Positions 55,289 through 64,000 of a DNA stretch of 64,000 bases are shown in pieces. Origin of the DNA: Longimicrobiales bacterium (GTDB lineage: Bacteria > Gemmatimonadota > Gemmatimonadetes > Longimicrobiales > Gaopeijiaceae); assembly GCA_965238005.1 (NCBI GenBank), contig OZ250165.1, positions 3,296,001-3,360,000 on the forward strand, read 5' to 3'. The number at the start of each line of letters is the position of its first letter. Position 1 is the first letter of the stretch. The translations under genes and the position numbers were made by a program. The notes under the pieces were generated by a model, which did not search any database, had not been told where the DNA came from, and was given only the letters and a program-made list of their open reading frames with translations.

Positions 55289-55494
55289 GGGTTTCCCCCT
55301 TTGCTGGCCTGAACCCCGACGGGAGGCGGAACGAGCACATGTTCGAAAACGGATGAAGCGAACGAACCCCGGGGACGTACGCGTACGTCTCCGGAGGCCG
55401 ACGCGAGTTGGACCTGCGGTGATGAACCCGATATCTGGCGGGTCTCACCCGACGTCTCCCAGCCGAGCCGGGAGGTAACGTCACGGGGTGTGAC

Positions 55495-55875
55495 CTACTT
55501 CAGGGCTACGGCTGCGCCCTGCTCCTCCAGCTTCGCTTTGATCTGCTCAGCCTCGCCCTTCGTGACGGCCTCCCTGACGGTGCTCGGGGCTCCGTCGACG
55601 AGGTCCTTGGCTTCCTTCAGACCCAGGCTAGTGACCTCGCGGACCACCTTGATGACCTGGATCTTCTTGTCGCCAATGCCTTCGAGCACAACGTCGAACT
55701 CGGTCTGCTCCTCGGCAGCGTCCGCCCCACCGGCCGCGGGCCCGCCCGCGGCTGCCACGGAGGCGGCCAGGGCAGTGACGTTGAACTTGTCCTTGAACGC
55801 GTCGACGAACTCCGACAGCTCGAGGACAGTCATGTTGCCGATGGTCTCGAGAAGCTCTTCGTGGTTGGTAGCCAT
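55495..55875 (-). CDS. rplL: 50S ribosomal protein bL12
   Basis: [18 protein letters not shown]. Confidence 0.97.
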   Translation of the reverse strand: MATNHEELLETIGNMTVLELSEFVDAFKDKFNVTALAASVAAAGGPAAGGADAAEEQTEFDVVLEGIGDKKIQVIKVVREVTSLGLKEAKDLVDGAPSTVREAVTKGEAEQIKAKLEEQGAAVALK

Positions 55876-55978
55876 GATCGTGGCTCTCTCCTCAGTGCAC
55901 CCGGCCTCGGGCCAGGGTTGGGCGTGAATTCCCGGTTGTCACCTTGTTTAACAGGAGGCTCCTCCATGTGCCAGGAGG

Positions 55979-56509
55979 CTACTCCCCCTCGCTCTCCTTC
56001 TGCTGCTTGAGAGCATCCAGGAGACCGGACATCTCCTGAAGCTTGCTCTCCAAGGCACTCGCCAGCGCAGCCATGGGCGCTTCCAGGGCTCCGGCCAGCT
56101 CGGCCAGGAGCTGCTCCCTAGGCGGTAGCTGGGCCAAACGGACGATCTCGTCGGCCGAAACCACCTTGTCGTCGAGGAGGCCGAGCTTGAAGACCGGCTT
56201 GTCGCCGTGCTCCTTGGCGAAGTCGCTGATGATCTTCGCGGGCTCGACGACCCCCCCGTAGCCCAGCACGACCCCGGTGGGGCCGAGGAGGGCATCGGTA
56301 ATGTCCGGTACCTGCAGCCCTTCGAGGGCGCGCTTGACCAGGCGGTTCTTCACCACCAGGTACTCGGCCCCGGAAGCCCGGAGGTTCTGCCGGAGGCTCG
56401 TCATGGACTTCACGTCCAGGCCGGTGAAGTCGGTGAGGTAGATCACTGGAGCCTGTTCGACTTTCTCGCGGAAATCCACGACGAAGCTTTCTTTTTCCGC
56501 ACGGTTCAT
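55979..56509 (-). CDS. rplJ: 50S ribosomal protein uL10
   Basis: DFTGLDV, VVKNRL, LPPREQL. Confidence 0.96.
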   Translation of the reverse strand: MNRAEKESFVVDFREKVEQAPVIYLTDFTGLDVKSMTSLRQNLRASGAEYLVVKNRLVKRALEGLQVPDITDALLGPTGVVLGYGGVVEPAKIISDFAKEHGDKPVFKLGLLDDKVVSADEIVRLAQLPPREQLLAELAGALEAPMAALASALESKLQEMSGLLDALKQQKESEGE

Positions 56510-57208
56510 CTATGGGCTCCGGCGAAACAGGTTGGGATCGATGGGGACGCCGGGTCCCATGGTGCTGGAGACCGTGACGCTCCTCACGTACGTGCCCTTG
56601 GCCGCTGACGGCTGGGCCCGAACGATGGAGTCCATGATGGCGCCCAGGTTGTCCCGCAACTGATCGGGTGAGAACGAGACGCGGCCGATGGGCGCGTGCA
56701 CGTTCCCGGTCTTGTCCACGCGGTACTCGATCTTCCCGCCCTTGATCTCCTTCACGGCACGACCGACGTCGAAGGTCACCGTTCCACCCTTGGGAGTCGG
56801 CATGAGTCCCCGGGGGCCGAGAATCCGACCGAGGGGCCCCACCTTGCCCATGAGATCCGGAGTGGCGACGCACACGTCGAACTCCCACCACCCTTGTTGG
56901 ATCTTGTCGACGTACTCGGTGCCCACGTAGTCGGCGCCGGCTTCCGCCGCCTCGGTCTCCTTCTCGCCCTGTGCGATCACCAACACGCGAACAGTCTTAC
57001 CCGTGCCGTGAGGAAGGACGACGGTGCCCCGCACGATCTGATCGGCCTTGCGGGGATCTACGCTTAAGCAAGTGGCGACCTCGACTGTCTCATCGAACTT
57101 GGCCGACGCCATATCCTTGACCATCTGGACCGCTTCGTCGGGCTTGAACTGGACGCCTACAGGCACTTTGGCCTTGGCGTCACGGAATCTCTTACCGTGT
57201 TTTGGCAT
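56510..57208 (-). CDS. rplA: 50S ribosomal protein uL1
   Basis: Start [23 protein letters not shown]. Confidence 0.97.
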   Translation of the reverse strand: MPKHGKRFRDAKAKVPVGVQFKPDEAVQMVKDMASAKFDETVEVATCLSVDPRKADQIVRGTVVLPHGTGKTVRVLVIAQGEKETEAAEAGADYVGTEYVDKIQQGWWEFDVCVATPDLMGKVGPLGRILGPRGLMPTPKGGTVTFDVGRAVKEIKGGKIEYRVDKTGNVHAPIGRVSFSPDQLRDNLGAIMDSIVRAQPSAAKGTYVRSVTVSSTMGPGVPIDPNLFRRSP

Positions 57209-57397
57209 GGCCCTGAGCCGGCTTGTTCGTCCTCCCACCCGTGGCGGCTCACATCGAGTGGTTCCGTGGACTTCTCGAGCATGGGCGCGGGCGGTATCTC
57301 CTCCTCGCTCCCTGCTGTTCGCTTCGCTCTCAGATGGTCGCTGCGGGAAGATCCCGACGCCGCCCCCCTGAGAAGTCACTACACAGCGTGTTTGCTT

Positions 57398-57937
57398 CTA
57401 GACAGCGTTTTGCTTCTGGTTTTGTACCTCTTGCTGGCTTGGTGCCTCGTCCTGCTCCTGGCCTTCTACCTCTTCCGGGCTTCGTACCTCTATCTGGTCT
57501 CGTGCCTCTCCTGAGCCTTCTAAGACGATGCCCATGGAGCGGGCGGTTCCGGAGAGCATCCGGACGGCGGCGTCCATGTCCGTCGTATTCAAGTCGACCA
57601 TCTTGGTCTCGGCGATCTCCTCGAGCTGCTTCCGGGTGACCGTGCCCACCTTTTCTCTGTTGGGCTCACCCGACGCCTTCTGGAGACCCGCAGCCTTCTT
57701 GATGAGGAAGGACGCCGGCGGCGTCTTGGTGATGAAGGTAAACGACCGGTCCGAATAGACCGTGATCTCCACCGGAATCGTCACGCCGGGCTGCTGCTGA
57801 GTCTTGGAGTTGAACTCCTTGCAGAACTCCATGATGTTCAGGCCGTGCTGGCCCAGCGCGGGCCCCACGGGCGGCGCCGGGTTCGCCTGGCCTCCCGCGA
57901 CGTGAAGCTTGATGAAACCGGTGACCTTCTTCGCCAT
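57398..57937 (-). CDS. rplK: 50S ribosomal protein uL11 with 38-aa Glu/Gln-rich tail
   Basis: [27 protein letters not shown]. Confidence 0.96.
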   Translation of the reverse strand: MAKKVTGFIKLHVAGGQANPAPPVGPALGQHGLNIMEFCKEFNSKTQQQPGVTIPVEITVYSDRSFTFITKTPPASFLIKKAAGLQKASGEPNREKVGTVTRKQLEEIAETKMVDLNTTDMDAAVRMLSGTARSMGIVLEGSGEARDQIEVRSPEEVEGQEQDEAPSQQEVQNQKQNAV

Positions 57938-57969
57938 ATTCTATTCCTGAGAGGTTGCCGACAGGGTCT

Positions 57970-58521
57970 CTAGAACCCCTTCAACTGCGTGTAATCCAGC
58001 TCGACCGAGGTGGGCCGTCCGAAGAGCGAAACCTCGACCTTGACCTTGCCCTTTTCCACGTAGACCTCCTGGATCGTCCCGGAGAAGTCGTTGAAGGGAC
58101 CCTGCACGACCTCAACGGCCTGCCCGACGTGGAACGGGATCTCCTCATGTGTCCCGTCGTCCTCCTTCTCCACCTCGATCCCGAGGATCTTGTTGATCTC
58201 ATCCTCGTGCAGAGGCTGCGGTGCCTTCCCCGCACCGACAAACTTGATGACCCCCTGGATGTTGTTGATGGTGTGCATGGTCCTCTCGTTGAGATCCATG
58301 TTCACCAGCACGTATCCGGGGTACAAGCGCTTCGTGACCGTGACGCGCTTTCCGTTGCGAATCTCGACCACGTCCTGTGTCGGGACGACCACGTCCCGGA
58401 TCTCCTTGCCCTCGGCCTCGCCGGCCTCGTCTTCGATCCGACGCTGAATCAGCTTCTGGACCTTGTTCTCATGCCCTGAGTACGTCTGGATCGCGTACCA
58501 CTTGGAGTAAGCCATGATCAT
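57970..58521 (-). CDS. nusG: transcription factor NusG
   Basis: WYAIQTYSGHE, YPGYVLV, KOW motif GPFNDFSG. Confidence 0.97.
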   Translation of the reverse strand: MIMAYSKWYAIQTYSGHENKVQKLIQRRIEDEAGEAEGKEIRDVVVPTQDVVEIRNGKRVTVTKRLYPGYVLVNMDLNERTMHTINNIQGVIKFVGAGKAPQPLHEDEINKILGIEVEKEDDGTHEEIPFHVGQAVEVVQGPFNDFSGTIQEVYVEKGKVKVEVSLFGRPTSVELDYTQLKGF

Positions 58522-58532
58522 GTGCGTCGTAC

Positions 58533-58745
58533 TCAGGCCCCGAAGATGCCCATGATGAAGTTGATCACAGTCCGTGATGCCACGTCCATTACCCAGATGA
58601 CCGCCGAGATCAGGAACACGAAGGCAATGACCACCAGGGTGGCGCTCTTGAGCTGCTCGTAGTCCGGCCAGGTCACCTTGCCCAGCTCATCCCAGCACTC
58701 CTCCACGAAGTCCCTAGTGGCAGTGATTTTTTCGCCGATAGCCAT
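58533..58745 (-). CDS. secE: preprotein translocase SecE
   Basis: ELGKVTWP + single TM helix, upstream of nusG. Confidence 0.93.
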   Translation of the reverse strand: MAIGEKITATRDFVEECWDELGKVTWPDYEQLKSATLVVIAFVFLISAVIWVMDVASRTVINFIMGIFGA

Positions 58746-58756
58746 GCGCCGACTCG

Positions 58757-58909
58757 CTACTTGGTCTCTTTATGCGCCCTGTGCTGCCTGCACCGCGGGC
58801 AGTATTTACGCTGCTCGACCCGCTCCGGGTGCAGGCGCTTGTTCTTCGTCGTGTGGTAGTTCCGCTCCTCGCACTCCATACAAGCGAGGATAATCTTGTC
58901 TCTAGCCAT
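58757..58909 (-). CDS. rpmG: 50S ribosomal protein bL33 (Zn-binding form); not in the ORF track
   Basis: [50 protein letters not shown]. Confidence 0.95.
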   Translation of the reverse strand: MARDKIILACMECEERNYHTTKNKRLHPERVEQRKYCPRCRQHRAHKETK

Positions 58910-59331
58910 GTCTTCCTCTCACTGCGGGGCCGGTAGGGCCCCGCGGACTCTACTGCTGGCCGGCGTTAGGTCGGCGAGCGAAGGGAGAAGTTGCCTCCTC
59001 CGCTACACCGTGGGCCGGGACGCTGCGGAGGCAACTGCTCCCTTCGCTCCTGCCGTCACTGGCCATCCACCTGCGCTTCGCGGGGCAAGACACCGGCCCC
59101 GCCCTTCGTTCCATCTAGCTTCCCCATCTCGCTTCTCTCGCTTCTCTCGCTTGTCTCGCTTTCCTAGCTTCCCGCCAACGCCCCAGTGAGCGCACCCGCA
59201 CAGGCGTGCGCGCGGTGTGGGCCGACAAGCTGCCGGAGCCCCGCTATGTCGCTGGCTTGAGCTTTTCTCTCTCCCGCAGCGTCCCGGTCTACGGTGTAGC
59301 GGAGGGGGAGAGAAAAACCTCAAGCCCCGAC
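58905..59331. repeat. structured post-tuf element, copy B
   Basis: Colinear with 34153-34478, plus an extra inverted hairpin module at 59263-59316. Confidence 0.8.
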
Positions 59332-60522
<1,191 letters not shown>

Positions 60523-60577
60523 CAGTCCCCTCGTGGCGTTGGGTCGCTTCCTTCGTTGTTCCCCTGAAGTATCTAAG

Positions 60578-60649
60578 AGCTCCGACCGGGATTTGAACCC
60601 GGGACCTCCTCCTTACCAAGGAGGCGCTCTACCACTGAGCTATCGGAGC
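60578..60649 (-). tRNA. tRNA-Thr(GGT)
   Basis: GCTCCGA...CTTGGTAAG...GGTTCAAATCC...TCGGAGCT cloverleaf; CCA not encoded. Confidence 0.95.
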
Positions 60650-60663
60650 GCCACCTGCAATAG

Positions 60664-60737
60664 AGCGGGAGACGGGACTCGAACCCGCGACCCTCAGCTT
60701 GGAAGGCTGATGCTCTAGCCAACTGAGCTACTCCCGC
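60664..60737 (-). tRNA. tRNA-Gly(TCC)
   Basis: GCGGGAG...CCTTCCAAG...GGTTCGAGTCC...CTCCCGCT. Confidence 0.95.
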
Positions 60738-60762
60738 AAAGCAACCGTCCGTTGGACTCAAG

Positions 60763-60844
60763 TGGTGGGGGTAGGATTCGAACCTACGAAGGCTAAGCCA
60801 GCAGATTTACAGTCTGCCCCGTTTGACCGCTTCGGTACCCCACC
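60763..60844 (-). tRNA. tRNA-Tyr(GTA)
   Basis: GGTGGGG...GACTGTAAATC, long variable arm, GGTTCGAATCC...CCCCACCA. Confidence 0.95.
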
Positions 60845-60938
60845 GGCTACCGATCCGGGGCCTCTACCCCGCGACCTCCTTCTCCCCGGAACAAAGCAAG
60901 CCGCCCGACGCAGGCGGCCTTTTCCAGGCAAGCTTGAT

Positions 60939-60967
60939 AAGTTAACGACTCGATAAACCGTCATCAA
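60939..60967 (-). promoter_or_regulatory. sigma70-type promoter of the tRNA-tuf operon
   Basis: TTGATG-17 nt-TAACTT; same -10 hexamer as the rpsL promoter. Confidence 0.65.
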
Positions 60968-61875
60968 GCCCCGAAAAGCCCGGCTTTCGGCTGCAGCTCC
61001 GGGTCCGGTGAAGCATCCTCCAACGGCGGTCCGAGATTGCGATCGAGGAGGGCATGCTGATCGGGATCGCGGCCCATGAAATCCCTGAAGAGGACCTCGG
61101 GCTCGTCGCTGTCCCCCCCGTCAGAATACAGTCCAGGTAGGCCCTTCCGACCTCCCGGTTGAAGATCCCCTCGCGTTTGAACCGCCCGAAGGCATCGGCC
61201 TCCAGGACTTCGGACCAGAGGTAGGAGTAGTACGCGGCCGCATACCCGCCCGAGAAGATATGCGTGAACGAAGCCGTGGTGTGGGAGCGAGCGAAGACCG
61301 GGCACGGCATGTACCCTACCAGCAACTCTTCGATACGCGCCATGATGTCCTCGGCGGACGGCAACGTCGTCTCGCAGTGAAGCCAAAGGTCCAGGAATCC
61401 GAACGAAAGCTGGCGCATCTGCTTCCAACCGCCCATGAACCGCCGGGCCTGCTGTAGCCGGGCGTAGAGCTCCTTGGGGAGCGGCTCCCCGGTTTCGTAG
61501 TGGCCCGAGAAGAGGGGAAGCGCCTCTTCCTCCCACGCCCAGTTCTCCGTGATCTGCGAGGGGAGCTCCACGAAAAGTCCCAAGCCACGTTGATACCGGC
61601 CATGGGGGCGATGGGCACCCGAGAGGTCAGGTGGTGGAGGAGATGCCCGAACTCGTGGAAAATCGTCTCCACCTCCCGATGCGTCAGAAGCGACGGGATG
61701 TCGCCCTTGGGGGGAGTGAGATTCCCGGCGATGATGCCAAGGTGCGGCTCGAATCCCTCTTCCGTGGGCCCGCCGGTAGCCAGGTCGTTCATCCAGGCGC
61801 CTTGACGTTTCTAGCGGCGAGAATGCCAGTCCACGTAGAGGGTACCCCAGGTGGGTTCCGTCGTCCTCGTCTTCA
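60964..61875 (-). pseudogene. M3 family metallopeptidase (oligopeptidase A-like), 5'-truncated and frameshifted
   Basis: Pieces in three frames: [14 protein letters not shown] / [26 protein letters not shown] / FMGRDP; stop before KRQGAWMN. Confidence 0.8.
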
Positions 61876-61973
61876 CGACGGATTCGCTCGTCGGACGCGC
61901 TTGGGTAAGCTGCGGCCAACGGGGATCCGGCGCCACCCTCCCCCCGGCCCTCGAAAGCGATGGGTGAAGTGCC

Positions 61974-63125
61974 CTAGTCGGCCAGTTCGGGGACGGGCTC
62001 TTGAGTCAGCCAGAGGCCGGTATCGGGGACGAAGGTGGCCCAAGCGAACCAGAAGGACACGTAGGCCTCGGGAACCTGCACCAGCCTCTGTCCCTCCATG
62101 CTCCCCGAGATCGCACGCCCTTCCAGAGTCCACTCGCTGCCGGTCTCGACGTCGACGTAGCGTCCCTCCACAACCCCGAAGGTCAGGGCCTGGCCTCCGA
62201 CGGTGGTCCGGTAGGGCACCGCCGCTTTGGAGCTACGGTCCCAGAACACCACGATATCCTCGCCGTCTGCCTCGGAGTGAACGACCTTCCGGTCGCCAGC
62301 CGAGTCCAAAGCGTTGAACGGAAACGCCATGCCGCCGCCGTCCACGAAGGGAATCCCCAACACTCGCTCCTTGGGTGGGCGCCGGTCGTCGAAGTCACCC
62401 CTCGGGAACAGGGTCCTGGCGTTGTTCAAGCTCTCGTAGTTGCCGTACGGATCCTGCTGATAATTACGGGGGAACTCCGTGGAGCTCGAGACGACCTTCG
62501 TGTCCGGGTGAAGGTCCACCCACGCGTCCCAACGCATCTCGATGGCGGCGAGCATCTCCAGCATCTGTCCGTCGCGGGGCCCACAGCGCGCTCCCCGCAT
62601 CATCTGGGGCCAGAGCGACTGATCGTCGCTGCGATCGAACAGGATCAGGTTGTTCTGAAAGAGCAGGCCCGACACGCCGAACTCGGCTCCACCGGCGGCC
62701 GTGCGGTCGAAGACCATGCTGGACCCCGTGAGGGGGCAGTAGGTGACGGCCAAGGGGGTCGAGAAGGCGTTGAAGTTCACGATCTCGTGCCACCAGAGGA
62801 TGTTGTGGGGGATGGCGACATAGGTCCCCTCGATCTCCATCCCGATCACCCGATCCCACGTCCGGACGTAGCTGGCACCTGGATCGTCGATCCCCACGAG
62901 CTCGGGATCGGAAAGCGCAGGGATGCCGTCGCGACCGACACCGCCCGACACGATGAAGCTCTCGGGGATGCTGCAGGGGCCGTCTTCCGGTTGCTGGAGC
63001 TTCGGGAAGGTGCCGTCGGAGGAGTCGCCACACGCGGCGGCCATCAGGGCGAGAGCGAAGGCGAGGGCCATGACTTCGGCGGGCATCCTAGCCGGTGTAT
63101 GTCGCATCATTCTCCGTCGGGTCAC
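61974..63125 (-). CDS. DUF3179-like lipoprotein
   Basis: LALMAAAC lipobox-like site; GGVGRDGIPAL, WHEIVN, VTYCPLTGS, FGVSGLL, FWFAW; start uncertain. Confidence 0.8.
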   Translation of the reverse strand: MTRRRMMRHTPARMPAEVMALAFALALMAAACGDSSDGTFPKLQQPEDGPCSIPESFIVSGGVGRDGIPALSDPELVGIDDPGASYVRTWDRVIGMEIEGTYVAIPHNILWWHEIVNFNAFSTPLAVTYCPLTGSSMVFDRTAAGGAEFGVSGLLFQNNLILFDRSDDQSLWPQMMRGARCGPRDGQMLEMLAAIEMRWDAWVDLHPDTKVVSSSTEFPRNYQQDPYGNYESLNNARTLFPRGDFDDRRPPKERVLGIPFVDGGGMAFPFNALDSAGDRKVVHSEADGEDIVVFWDRSSKAAVPYRTTVGGQALTFGVVEGRYVDVETGSEWTLEGRAISGSMEGQRLVQVPEAYVSFWFAWATFVPDTGLWLTQEPVPELAD

Positions 63126-63424
63126 GGTCGCTCAGTCGGCTGCGTTCCTGGGGCCACGCAAGAAAACTCGCGGAGGCCCGGGCCTGTTCCCACTCGCCGC
63201 ATGAGATCACCCACGATCCGTGTGCGGCTCCCAACGCGAGGCTCCAAGTCATACTGGGCGGAACGGGCCGTCGCACACTATTCTCGATCCCAATCCAAGG
63301 GTCTCACGTAGAAAGCGGTCGAAGCCACTGTAGACGAGGAGGTGGTGAACATGGGCGTCGACGTCTCGACCTCGATCACCATAGGGTGTCCGCGGCTCTG
63401 ATTTAGAACGCAGCCACTCCAACA

Positions 63425-63790
63425 GCGCCCCGTTATCCGACTAGTGACCGACACTGGCCGTTCTGGTCGTCGGGCTCCCTCCTGGGCGCTCGGGACGGCG
63501 CCCCGACCCTGACCGCCTATCTCATTGTCGGCGGAATCGGCGTCTCAGTCTTTGCCGAAGGTGGGTCGGGGTGGGCGCACTTCGTAGGGCGACCGCCCGG
63601 TATCTACTGGGCTTGGTCGCGGCAGCCGCAGCGGCCGGTCGACTAGCCGACCGGGGCCTGCTCCGCCGGTTCGGCCCTGCCATTGCCGTCATGATCTGCG
63701 GTCATGCGCTGATTCTAGCTCTTGGGTGGTTGAGGTTCGCCTGGATGCTGGGGGCGACCCCCGCATTCTGGCAGGGGGTAGGGGGTCGCC
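63425..63790 (+). pseudogene. bioY: BioY biotin transporter remnant
   Basis: Fragments TLAVLVVG / LLGAR / AYLIVGGIGVSVFAEGGSG..TARYLLGLVAAA..GRLADRG spread across frames. Confidence 0.6.
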
Positions 63791-64000
63791 CCATTTGTTA
63801 TTGTCCTTCCTGCGCGGATGCATCGCTTTAGCGACCTGCACCGCCGGCGGTTACGACCTGTCCCTGAATCGGTGAAAGCAGCGGTGAACAGGGCCGCCGT
63901 CAGACGCTAACCTGCACCACCACCTTCCCCATGGCCTGACCGGATTCCAAGCGGGCATGGGCCCCTGCCACATCTTCAAGGGCATAGGGTTCGCCATCCA

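Overview
High-GC bacterial window, probably Gemmatimonadota-like (inferred from the RpoB/RpoC/RpoA sequences; not checked by search). 1-17.5 kb: a surface-polysaccharide synthesis and modification locus with GT4 glycosyltransferases, a Wzx flippase, five SAM methyltransferases, AsnB, an SxtI/J/K-like carbamoyltransferase trio, hemD, two frameshifted Wzy/O-antigen-ligase-like genes and several copies of a CTAG-flanked MITE-like element. 17.6-39 kb and 46.8-60.8 kb: the minus-strand ribosomal superoperon (tRNA-Tyr/Gly/Thr, tuf, rpmG, secE, nusG, rplK-A-J-L, rpoB, rpoC; then rpsL, rpsG, fusA, tuf and the S10, spc and alpha operons). The most interesting part is a ~7.2 kb insertion between rpoC and rpsL (39.3-46.5 kb). 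It is a tandemly duplicated cassette of HPr-kinase-like kinase + PqqD/RRE-domain protein + nucleotidyltransferase, with a CxxCxxCC (YkgJ-like) protein in one copy only. Each RRE protein continues into an internal twin-arginine-like signal and an unrelated, low-GC Cys-rich C-terminal peptide (10 and 8 Cys). This looks like an uncharacterised RiPP-like system whose precursor carries its own recognition domain. The right end holds a decayed M3 peptidase, a DUF3179-like lipoprotein and a bioY remnant.
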